Below, piece by piece: positions 11,449 to 24,300 of a stretch of DNA of 64,000 bases (positions are counted from its first letter, which is position 1; the number at the start of each line of letters is the position of its first letter). The DNA comes from Antedon mediterranea (lineage: Eukaryota; Animalia; Echinodermata): the NCBI RefSeq assembly GCF_964355755.1, contig NC_092680.1, forward strand, positions 8,618,001-8,682,000, in the 5' to 3' direction. A program made the translations under genes and the position numbers. The notes beneath the pieces were generated by a model, which was not told the origin of the DNA, made no database searches, and saw only the letters and a program-made list of their open reading frames with translations.

Positions 11449-14400
11449 ATGAAGAAAAATAAACCAGAACCAATTTCAGCACCAACTGATGATCAATTAT
11501 TGAATGATGCATCAAACAAGACCACATCACCATCTGTTGTTAAAAGGAGTTCGCCAAAAGATTCTAACAATTCGTCTAAGGAATCGTCGCCTGTTAGTTT
11601 CGCTCGACGCAGAACAAACTCGTTAAGTTTAACGCCATTAGTAATTGAAGGTCATTTTAACGATGATCGAGGAGACCATGTAGACGGAGTAAAAAGTCAA
11701 CATTTTTTCCCTGATCAGAATGCAATTGGTGAGAAGTATAGTGAAGTGCAGAAGGAAGGGTTATTTCTATACCATGAGACTTTTTTAAAACCGGAGATGT
11801 CACGAAGGGGTATTCAGGAACCAGATTTGATAAAACAAGTTTATGAAAAGAATGTGCCGTAAGTTATATTTAAATTATTTAACTAGAACTACAATAAATG
11901 CCCAAATATTAATATGATTGAGATTGACATTACAGAAAATTATTTTCATCAGTTTTACAGTACCTTTGTGTAGCTGAAGATTACCATATACTACAAAACT
12001 ATGATTTTGGACCTCGGATAGATTCAATTATAATTATTCTAATAACAATTTTGCGTCTTCCCCAACCATACCAATGTCAGCTAAATTTTAACAGTCCATG
12101 TCTATTTTAAATTAAAACACATTTTTCTGCAACCCAGTGGATCGTTTTTATCATTTTATGAAATATTTAGCCCTCTTTAATCTATAATGCTGGATCTATT
12201 AACTACAGTTACTTGGTTACAAAATGATTAATGATGTCAGTATTTCCTAATTTACTTTTAGTACTTCCTGTGAATGTATTAATTATACTGTATATTATAC
12301 CAGCATTATATACTGTAAACATGAGTATTGATATAGTACAGAATTTAAATTTAATTATATAATTTAGTGAATTTGTAGCATTTAATACATCATGTGTGTA
12401 GGACTACCAAATTTCCAGGGCATATATATTTTGTTTCCTGTTTACCTTTTTCTAGAACATTTTACTGTCTGTTGAACTTGTTTTGTTTGTAAGGTCAATT
12501 CTTGTATAGACTTATTTAATGTTTCTTTGTAGTATTGTTTGGGTTTTTCCTTTGTTATATAAATACCGACATAGTAGTCTCAGTAAAATACAAGCCCAGA
12601 CATGTCATTGTATGTTTTGAAATTAACATTAACAATCGGGATGTACTGATGTTTATACAGTAGAATCCCTATTAAGGGAACACCTTTGGGACCGAACAAA
12701 ATGATGTCCTTATATACTATGGGGGTTTCTCAAAAGAGGGATTTACGCTGCAGTAAATCATAATAAATTGCAGTCGGTTTCCTTTATGCTTAGATCATAT
12801 TCTTGACTATCATCCTGTAGCTCTTGTTGCACTAAATAATTGTTATTTATTTAATTTATAATCAATAAAGAAAACTTTTGCCGACCCTAGCCATGCCAGT
12901 ATACCAATTTATATTAAAATTTGTACATTAGACCAGAGGTATACATCAGGTTCTAAATGTTGTTGCCAGATTTCAGTAAACTTTCATATTTCACGCCACG
13001 TTTAAATCCATGCGCAAACATGTCACATAAACACAGATTTTAATTTTTCGCTGTCAATCTTTATATTGGTATTCTTTATTTACGAAGTCCTTAGTTCATT
13101 CGGCAATCTACAGTACATCATTTAGTAAAGCATATTGTTCGTGTAAAATTGTTCGTTTGTGAAAGTATGTTGTTTTTTTTACATTAGTTCATTCGTTTGT
13201 GAAAGTAGGTTGTTCGTTTGTGATAGTACGTTGTTCGTTTGTGATAGTACGTTGTCTTTTTTACTTTGGTATTTTTGGAGGCAATTGCCTTCCATAGCCT
13301 AAAACAAGTAGTGACTTTACAGTTATCCTTCATTTTTCTAATACAGTAATGGTTTGGATAGTCCATCAGTAAAGACACCAGTAGGTTACAACAATCCTAA
13401 TTGGGCAAAAGCAGGGAAAGAGTTACGAATTATGGCAGATAAATTTGCTAGATCAGATGAAAGAGAAAAGGTCACGAAGAAAGCTACCAAGGTAACCACA
13501 TACAACTTTTTATTTAGTAATTTATGGATATCTGTATATAATACACTTAGCCAATAAGTAAAGAATTTACTTGGGTGGTTACTTATGATATTTTAATATC
13601 ATATTAAAAGTGCAGAACAAGGATCTCGATTCTGCCGAGTGTGGATAACCTAATTCAGGGGCGGTCGCAAGACTATTTGAATGGGGTTGCCCAAAGAGTC
13701 CAGATACAGTAAATATGCAAACTGCCGACATTGTGCACGGTTTTGGTGACTCTGGTGGTTAAATTGTAGGATCCAGTCTGTCAATTTACAAATATTCTCT
13801 TCCAGCCTTGGACTTCTATTAACCTTATGGATATTGCATCTGATGAAATGGGATCTAAATTTCAATTTAGTGGCAGAAAAAAACATTTAGTAAAAAATTA
13901 AGGGTGTTGCCCCGGCCACTAGGACAACACCCCTGCATCCGCCCCTGTAATTAGACATGTACTAAAACTAATTAAGTTTCTATAAACTGAGGCTTGAAAA
14001 GCACTCAACTGTTTACTTATTGTATTAATAAATGTTTTGATGTTAAAAATATTTGCTTGTTATTCTTTAGTATTCGCAGAGCAGTATTGAAACTTATGCT
14101 GAATACAGTGACTTACTGACGGAGCTCTTCCAATCAGGGGGTGTGACTTGCCACAGACTTGTAGTCCTATTCTTTTTCTGTAGTGATTTAACCATCATGG
14201 CCCTGGAACATAATTGTATAGATTATTTTGGACGCCTGGTAACTTGGACATATAGATTCATTCGTGATGGACTAAGTCAATGGATAGCTTCCAACGGTGG
14301 ATGGGTAAGAACATTAAATAATGGGACGAGGAAGAACCATGCCCAAGGCAAATATTAATTCTCAGAATAAAACTAAATACTGACATTGACAATACATTTT

Positions 14401-14533
14401 TAAATATAAATGTTCACTTATTTTTCAGAACGCAATTGTAGATACAACACGTATATACATCGACATAATCTTTAAGGTAGCGCTGATAGCTGTGGCTGGC
14501 GCAATCGTATATAGAGTGTTCATAGGGCGATGA
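11449..14533 (+). CDS. Multidomain Bcl-2 family protein (BH3-BH1-BH2-TM), ~297 aa; exons 11449-11858, 13347-13491, 14071-14304, 14429-14533
   Basis: Phase-compatible GT-AG junctions. BH3 AGKELRIMADKF, BH1-like ELFQSGGVTCHRLVVLFFF, BH2 WIASNGGW and C-terminal hydrophobic anchor IIFKVALIAVAGAIVYRVF. Acceptor at 11350 implies an upstream non-coding exon (candidate donor near 5515). Subfamily not assignable by eye. Confidence 0.9.
13135..13260. repeat. Degenerate ~21-bp minisatellite (ttgttcgtttgtga[a/t]agta[c/g/t]g)
   Basis: 4-5 imperfect copies in the Bcl-2-like intron. Confidence 0.6.
13656..13947 (+). mobile_element. MITE with CAGGGGCGG termini and apparent 5-bp TSD
   Basis: taatt|caggggcggtcgcaagactatttg...gcatccgcccctg|taatt; related copy at 21819-22104 in the opposite orientation. 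Confidence 0.75.
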
Positions 14534-17500
14534 TCAACATTCTGGTTATTTTACATGCTGCGTTGCTGCAATCATGATGATGCACTTATAAGTGTCATAT
14601 ACAGTGTCATCTTCATTGCTACTTCAACCATCCAGTACTTAAACATACCGAATAACGAAGGAAGCTCAAAAGATTTTTCTCCTGGTATGGTGCTTTTTAA
14701 GCTGCACAAGAATCTATGCAGTATTTCCATTTTTTTGTCTTTTTGTATTCAGTGACATTATATTAATATTTTGTGAAAGATGACTGGTTCCTTTTGTCCC
14801 TTCAAAACAAAGTCTTCTCTTGAGAGAAGAAGAGAACCACCGTCAAATCTCAGAGCTGCAGTTATGCAGAGATGTTAGGAAGCAACTTTTATTACCAAAG
14901 GAGGTCCACCACCAAGTGCTTGTCTTCAAAGTGCCTAGTACAATTTATAGAATACATTTCTATTTATTTTCATAGTGTACATTACTGTGTATATATTTAA
15001 GATAAGATTTATTTTTTATTTAAATTAAGATTACTGTAAAATAAGAAAAATGGTAAATCAATTACATTACTGTAAAATGTTTGTATACATGTTATCAGAT
15101 AAAAATGATTTGGTTCAGAATTTACATTGTTCATTGTATTAGACAGAAATTACAAAAAGAGTTTATCTGATTAGATATACTATAAATATCCTATTAAAAA
15201 AACCAACAATTTAAAAGAACAACATATGTGTGGGTGTATTTTCTTGTTCAGAATAATAACAGGAAAGTAAAGAATGACCTGGGTTAACCACTGAATTTAG
15301 TTCACAATACATACCAATATAGTTTGTATTCCTCCTATCTTGTATTGATACATATCTACCACTTAAGGAATGCACAAAGAAATGCAGCTTGTCTTATTTA
15401 GTCATCCTAGATGATGACTAAATATTTATTTCAAAAAATTACCATTGTTTATTTTTTACTCATCGAAACGACTTACCAATCAATTTTAATACATACATTT
15501 ATGTTTTATATTTTAATCTATCAGCTGTAGTTTACAGTAAGGGTGTATCCCTCAAAGGGTTGAGTCAATATTACTGTATCAGGCGCTGAGTCACTGAGCA
15601 CTGGTCACGCTTGACTTCTCGTCAAACAATTGATCCAAAGGTCTCGCTACGATATTGTAATAATCTCTCATAAATCAATTTCTTTCAAGGATATCTAGAG
15701 TATCCGTATGTTATTAATACGTAAGATTTTTATGAAAACAAACAAACATGATTTCAATATTAAACTTATTTTCAGCTCCTCTATGGTATTTTTTATTTTG
15801 ATCTGCATTTTAAAAAGATTTTAATTTTCAAAGCATTATTAAGTATTGTTTAGTTAAGTTAAACATGTTTAGTTTAATGTTACAATAGTCATTGATAGGA
15901 GTTGAGTTTTACAATAGTAAATTGTATATAAATAAACAGAATAGGACATGAATAAACATTTAAAGGCTTATACACTGGGGGATTTGTTTTTTGGAGAGAG
16001 AAGGGGAAGTGGAGGTTGTTGGTGGTAGGGGCGGATGCAATGGGCCCAGCTGGCCCCTCTAACTTTCACAAATTGTAATTCAAAATCCTGGATCCACCAC
16101 TGAGTAGGACTATCCCTTAAATGTATAGGCCTTTATAAAAGCTTAATTTACTGTAAAAATATGTAAATACTGTACGTATAAAACTATTTATTTTTAAATT
16201 TTAAGTGTTAGTAAATTAAGAAATTTCCTCTTTTAACACTGAATCCAAAATTTACAAGAGGACTTGATGTTAAACATTTATATTTAGTGCTGTTTTAATT
16301 TTCTTTTTTGAATACTGTACTAGTATCTGCAAATACTAATAACAAAATCTTATGGTCATAAACTTCTATCTACTAAGTTTTAGTTTGAAACTTGTCCATT
16401 CATTTATAAAAGGTAACATAATAATGGTAATATAAATGAACATACCATGTACATCAATACCCTGTCCTTTTGAAATTTGTTGTGTAATGATGTTACATTT
16501 TATGTATTTTATCAGGAAAAAAAAGATTATACAGGTGTATACCAACTATGCAAATTAGGGAGGAAATAATTGAGGTGGGCATTTTCATCTATTGTAAGGT
16601 GCTTCTTTTTTGTTTTATTTGTTATAAATGTTTGCAATATTTGTAAGTTAATTTCCTTGTTTAGAATGTGAATGGAATTTGATTGATGTTAAGATGTGGT
16701 AATAACAGTGCTAAAATTGCTAAATAAAATCATTTCAACTCATTTAATCAGTTTAGCTCCTAAAGATGAATTGCAAAATGTATTAATTTGACTAAAAAAT
16801 TCAATCTTTCAGATTTTAACTTATTTTTAATTATTATTAAGAAATGTCAATATTGTTGAAGTTTATGTTGAGCAATAAGGTAAAACATGAGTGGTATAAA
16901 AAAAGATGTTATAAGTTGAATGCTTGATCACGAGACAATCGGAATATGTAACTACAGTAAGAGGGAAAACCTCAACAACATATATTCATTTCACAGAAAA
17001 GTGTCCTGTCTTGAAATTCAATAGACTATTGGAGTTGTTGATCTAGCCTTCATCTTATAAAACTCAATATGCAAGCTAACCTAAGAATGGTGCTGTAAAT
17101 TAGCTATGCCTTTTCGTTGTTCAGTGGTGTTTTCATGTAAAGTGTTGCTAGACATCTTGATTTTGCATAATAAAATTGTTGAAAATAACCTCATTGTTTG
17201 TTTTTTTTTTCTGTCATAAATCACAATGCTTTTACGTTACGTTTTCTTTCCGACATCATGTCCAAAAGATTTGATTCGTTTGTTTTTCATAATCGTCAAT
17301 TCATTCTTTCAATTATGGAACCTGGGTGTATGCCATGCATTGCAAAAATTAGCAGGTTCTATGCTCATTCAAATACGAATAAGTTGCAATAGAGTAGATA
17401 CCATGCAACTTCCTGTTTTATAGATATTTCAGTCACCATTATAACAGATGGCCTTATGAATAGTCACTTACAAACCCGAACCCGAACCAGTGACGTAATG

Positions 17501-18348
17501 CCTATGAGTCTGGCTTGAGGGCCAGCAGCAGCGCAAACAAAAAAATTCAGCTAGGCTATAAATAGTAAAGCAAAATAATAGGAAAGGCCGGACATTAAAA
17601 ATAAACTTAAACAAAGTTCATTTCCAATAATGTGCTTTTATATGCGGTTCTACATTTCACCATGGATTAAAATGTATCCATGCTTTTACGCATGCGGAAC
17701 ACATCAGAATGCGTTGTTTCAGCGATGACTTCAAGGTTCCGCTACATCCTTTATATTTACTGATGTCGTAAGTGCCCCGCTGGAGCTGCCGTTAAAAGTA
17801 AACTGTTACAGCTAGGCCTGTGACTTTATACGGTAAATAAAGTAATCAACTATCAAAAGCGTAAATTCTCAAATATTAAAACGTTTTTTTAAATATAAAT
17901 ATGATATTATTCGTAAACAAAAACTGTCATGTCACTTATTTTTTATTGTATTGTCTAAACTTATTTTAAAAAATAAATAAAATATGTCAAAAAATCATGA
18001 AAAAGCCTAAAAACACAAGAATCCTAGCAATACAGGGCCCATTCGGACCCTGCGTTACACCACTGACATAAACGTTTAATAATACAACTGTAAAAATGAT
18101 GTACAGAATTAAATATATTTTAACATTTAAGTTTATTCAGGCCACAGAAAGCAGTGACTGCTCTCATCTTAAGAGATGGTCAGCTCATACCATATTCCAA
18201 GCATGTGTCTTGACTAGAACAAAGGATTTTTGTGACAACCCTGTCTCAACAATTGCATATACCTGTATAGAATTACATACGAGAACATCATTTTCATCAA
18301 TGCTATCAACATTTTGTTCATTCACATACAAATAAAAATCAGGTGTGA

Positions 18349-21300
18349 CTATAATACTCGTTGAGAAATGATGAGATCAAGCGCCCCCTGCACTATCCCG
18401 TTACTGGCCTGCAACGCTCGTAGATTCTGGTCATCGTTAGGAAAACCCATGTCACGTAGTGTTTGCATTTGTTCCTGCAAGATAAAAATGTAAAACAGTC
18501 AACATACATTCAATCTACTTCTATTACTTTGTTCATCAAAAAAATAAAATCATAAAAGCACTAATCATTAATTTATATTTTAAATAAGCATAATTAGACC
18601 AACAAAAATTGCAATTTCCCTTCCTGGAAAAAAAAAATCAAATTTAAAATGCATTCTGAAAGTGAGGTTGCATAAAATGTGTCTCTTAATTTGTATATAT
18701 TGTGGGATTTTCCACAGGAAATTTGTAGTCAGATAAATATAGTTGACAGCTCATTTGCCCTATTTTCTAAACTAAACACTTTCAAAGAAACTTATAATAT
18801 ACCAATTTAAAATGCATTCTGAAAGTGAGGTTGCATAAAATGTGTCTCTTAATTTGTATATATTGTGGGATTTTCCACAGGAAATTTGTAGTCAGATAAA
18901 TATAGTTGACAGCTCATTTGCCCTATTTTCTAAACTAAACACTTTCAAAGAAACTTATAATATACCAATTTTTCACAATGCCCATTTTAGGTAATTATCT
19001 ATTAAGATTACTATATTCATAATGTTTATACTACAAATAGATTATTGTAAATTACTGTAAAAATTGGGGATTTTCCACCTGATAAATTATAGTAGTCAGA
19101 TTCTTATCTTTATATCAAAGTATTGTACATAAAAACATAAGATTTAAAAAATTCATATGTAGTTTTCTAAAATTTGGATTGGTGTGTGTGTGTGTGTGTG
19201 TGTGAAAATTGCATCCTAACATAACATCACATATTTCATTGTCTGAGCACAATACTTTATACTAAGAAGCCAAATAGTGAACCTTTCATTTTATGTAATA
19301 ATTGTTGAAGTGTTTATCATTTCATACAGACAGGCCTACTATATTGTTTAATCTCAAATGGGGAAAAAATCAACAAAAACTACTTTTAAGTCTTCTGCCT
19401 TTAACTGTCCATTCGAACGACTTGTATTTGCTGGTGAACTGGACACTGAAGCGGAAGCAGAGGCCTGCAATGCATGGGCCATAGCCTGAGTAAACATGTC
19501 AACAGTAATAGGCTGTAGACCTGATGAAGAGGAGGTTGTGTTTTGGGTTGTAGCCCCTGTTGATGTACTAGCTGCTGCTCCCTGCAAAAATACAATATAA
19601 TCATATTAAAAAAATAATATTACATATTCCCTATTTATTCAGAATTGTACAGTATATATTATTATATGCGTTAATAATTACAGATTAGTTTTAAATTAAG
19701 TTTCTAAATTAAAACAAAACAAACAAGCAAACTGTAAAGATTATAAAACTAAAGTAACGAACAAATGTGCGCTGTTGCTAACATCACAGTTTTATAATGC
19801 GGTAACAACGGTGAGAACGATAATGATTTTGTTATATAAATATGATTATGTTGACGTCAACAGGTTGGGGCCTAAACAGTGGTGGCGCCAGCGGGGGGGC
19901 TACGGGGGCTCTAGCCCCCTCGTCGGGGAGCCTAGCCCCCCCGTCGGGGAACACGGGTACTTTTTGTCGGGGAATATAATATACAGTAAAAAATGTTCGC
20001 GTTCACTTCATATAGCTTCAGCGCCTAGAAAACCACGTTCCATTGACCTTGAGAGTACGTCAGAGGGCTATTATGCACTTTTATGCATTCATCATTTATT
20101 GCCAGCGATCTAACTTACTACTAAACATTAGCTAGGTACGCACTTGTCTGGCGGTATCCCTTTGTACGAATTGTTCAACGTTGGGTCAACACGCGTGATA
20201 TCAAGTTCCATCCAGGGACCAAAATGTGTAATGTAGTTATTTTCCAGGCGAAGTTTACCGACGGTTACCGAAGGGAACACGGGTACTTTTTGTCGGGGAA
20301 TAAATTATAATATACAGTAAAAAGCGTTCGCGTTCACTTCGTAGCTAGCTTCAGCGCCTAGAAAACCGCGACGTTTCATTGACCGTGAGAGTACGTCAGA
20401 GTGATATTATGCACTTTATATGCATTCATTATTGCCAGCGATCTAACTTACTCCTAAACAATAGCTAGGTTCGCACTTGTCTGTCGGTATCCCTTTGTAC
20501 GAATCGTTCAACGTTGGGTCGAGACGCGTGATATCATGTTCCATCCAGGGACCAAAATGTGTACTGTAGTTATTTTCCAGGCGAAGTTTACTGACGGTTA
20601 CGTCGTGTACTGCGTCGACGTACGCTACACTACAGCAGCAAAAACGAATTATGTTAATTGTTCGTATGTTCACCAATTTTTTAATTTACAAGTAACCTTC
20701 TTTACCGTGGGGCACCTAAAATAAATTTTTCATCCATTACTAAACAAAAAAACATGCCATTTTCGCTTAGCCAACATCTTATTATAGCTAAGTTATTACA
20801 TTTTCAATGTCCTGTATGTCATGAATTTCTCACCACTCGGAAGTCCAGATGGTACGCACGCATACACTTGGGAGGAATAAACTTATTTCCATGACTGAAA
20901 AAGGTCTACGCTTGCGTTTTTTAAGCCTCTAGGCCTGATGTTTCCAAAGTATAAAATGCTATTTTTTGAAGACCTGCAGCTCTAGTTTTAAACAGTTTCT
21001 TAGCTCAGCCCCAACAATAAAGCTGGTCATATTTCGAAGTACAAGAAGTGCATTTTCCGGGACCTAACATCTCTATTTTTCAAACATTTCTTAGCTCAGT
21101 CACAACCATGATAGGGACTTATATATTTTGTTTCATGTTTTGAAGTATAATAAGTTCAATTTCCGGGACCTCCAACTCTATTTTTCTAAATTTTCTTTGA
21201 ACTTTTATTTTTTAAATTGAAAAATATGGATTGAAACAGTCATCGCGCATCGTTTTTTTGCACGCAGTATTTTATTTATGCATTATAAAAAATGGAAAAA

Positions 21301-24300
21301 ATGGCTACCCTAAATCTGATTAAAATGACCTCAAATGACGCTAGAACGCGTTGCTTCCGGGGGCCCTTGGCGGCCCCCTGGCCCCCAGCCTAGTGATGCT
21401 CGCTTCGCTCGCATAGCCCCCTCGTCGGGGAATGTAGCCCCCGCGTCGGGAAGATCCTGGCGCCACCCCTGGGCCTAAACTGACGATTCACCAAAGCAAG
21501 ACTGCGTTCTGATGTATGAATGAACACAAATGATTAGCCTACAACTAGCGACTTAGCATGATCATACATACTAACCCTAGAGGCATTAAGAGCAGCTGCT
21601 AACTGGCTAGCATTGATTGGTCGAACTTGTGAGTTTTGTGTCTGCCGTCTTCGCTGGTTACTGTTCTGAGCATTTGATGATGACTGTAGAGACGGCAAGT
21701 CATGCACAATCATATTTAAAAAAAGATTTCAATGTAATTATATTAGTTTTAAGCTCTGTCTACACTATCATTCAAACTAGTTGGACAAAAAAATGTGTGG
21801 TGTGCCCAAATATGGTAGCAGGGGCAGAAGCAGGGATGTTTTACCGGCAAAACAAAATAGGCGAGATAAATACTGCTGTTTACTACTGTAGCCCGATAGA
21901 TATAGTGTCATTTCCGACGAAAACTGCCGTTTTATCATGAATTTTACGTGAGAGTACCATTTCCGGCCACTTAGAGGTGTCATTTAACAAAATTCGCTTC
22001 ACCACAGCCCCCACCAGGAGAGGCATGCGGCGCAAATACTTGGTTTCTATTATGGCCCTGGACTCTTGGGCAACCCCCTTAAAATAGTCCTGCGACCGCC
22101 CCTGGGTTGTGATATGCTCAAACATGGTAGTGATATGACATCATCATGTCCATAAATGGGCATATCACATGTTTTCGTCACCTAAAGTTTGATAGTGTAG
22201 ACAGGGTTTTAGGAAAATCACACTAAATTAATTGCCAAAATCAACACACTATATTATTTCAAGTTAATATCAACATTCAAACAACACAACAGGAATGTAA
22301 CAACACAATTAAGTTTAAATTTGTTTAAAACAATCATTGAAGACATTAGAAACAAAAGAAAACTCTGAAATGCAATTAGTAAAATAACCCTGATTAAACA
22401 CCCATTTATTTACAGTGTTTATATTAAGGGTTGCTGTAAAGAACTTTACATGTTTTTTAGTAGGGAGCTTTCATTGTGATGATCAACAACGTAAATAGGT
22501 CATATAAATTCAGTGCGAAAGTGGAAACACGATGAGGGTGATCCATCCAGCAATTGCTGATCATTAGGGACCCTCAGAGGTTCACAAGACAAACATATAC
22601 ACAAGATGTTCTACATAAACAAAGTCTTATTACAAGTCTTTGGGAGTGGAGTTGTAATTTTGTCCTTAGAAAAATTCCTGACATGTGACGGGACTTGAAC
22701 CCAGGACCCTTGGAGTGGTAGCCAAGCATCATAACCACCAAGCCACAACTCCACTCTCGCTCCCCACTTCGACACAGTTTTTGAAGAGGCGATGACCTAT
22801 GACACCCGACCTAGCATGTTCCTAGGTCATCGCAAATCTAAAGCTCCCTATTAAAACAGATATATGCTAATAAATAGAATATGGCACGCATTTTGGATAA
22901 CCATATTTCCTTATAGATGTAGTGATGTTTCTTTGAATGAGAAAACAAGTTGATGGGTGCTTATTAGTTTAGCTTTAAAAAAGTACTTGAGTACCAACAA
23001 CAAAAAACAATTATATTTTTTAATAACTTACATCTGATGTATCCATCTCTTCATCTGACATAAAACCTTTAAAAAGCACAGAATAATTAGTAATACTGAA
23101 TATTTATATAGTATATGTATTTAATCCAGTCAACAAGTTTCAGGACAATATCATTTATATGATGTTTTTAGCATTTTAGTAGATTCACAGTATTTACTAT
23201 TGACAGTAAGCAGTATTAGCATATTCATTTACAAAATCAACAACATAATAACTAATATATAAGTATTGCAAATAATTTAAATCGTTCGTTTTAAAGGGTT
23301 CTCACCCGAATCTCAGTAGTGACGGTCGGTGGTTGCTCCTGGTGGTTGCTGATCCTATAAAGCTGGTTTCCACTAGGCAAATTTGTTCGCGCGAATCCCA
23401 TTCGTAGAGAAAAAAATCGCCTACTATCTTTCCACTACATGAGCGAATAGCTGCGACTTCATGTTCCTCGCGTGGCTGTTGAGCTTTCCGATTCGCATAA
23501 GTGCTTATAAAAGCGTCATAGCTCATTTCCTGAGCTCTGATTGGTTGTGCAACATTTCGCTTCGCAAAAGGTAGAAACAATTATAAATTTCGTTGCAGCG
23601 AAAAATAAAATAAACTAGAATCCGTCGCAGAGGGAAGTATGACAGACAGAAACTCGAATATGCATGCGCATAGCATGACACTATTGATTCGCGCGAACAA
23701 ATTCGCCTAGTGGAAAATCGGCTTTACAGATGTATATGACTAGCAATCGCCTCCTTTTTTAAAACTTTCCTCAAATTTACTTTCAAATGGCTTACCTGGT
23801 TCTTGGCCCGATAACACTGCCCCCAATCGGCTGTTTGTCTCACTTACAGAAGATGCTGCAATCTGTAGAGCAGCATGACCAATAGCAGGATGCTTCTCTA
23901 CAATCCTGAAATAACACATTATAAATAATAAATATAATAATAATATATATAATAAAATAATAAAAAGTAATAAATCCTTACAGTTTAAATGTTTTTGTTT
24001 CTGTATGGAATTGGTATACAAATGAATGTTTTCATGAGTTAGGGTATTACCTACACCCATCAAAATAATACGGCACCTGGAATTTGTACACCTGAACATG
24101 CAATGTACCACATAATATGCTTGCTCAAAATACACACAGATATGAAAGGATAAATTTTGATTATAACATTTAAACTTACTTTTTTAGATTATCAGGATCT
24201 GAAATTTGTATGATAAGATCAGCATCTCGTAAGAAAGCTGCAATGAAAAGTCAGTCAACTAATTAGTAGATAACGCATTTATCTCAACAAGTGCCAGCAA

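Noticed and set aside
17488-18065. Possible hAT-like element (cagtgacgtaatgc ... gcgttacaccactg)
   Set aside because: Termini only weakly complementary and no TSD visible
23302-23360. Possible extra UBL7 exon (GSATTRSNHRPSLLRF)
   Set aside because: The only GT donor gives a phase incompatible with the next exon, and the flanking exons already join in frame
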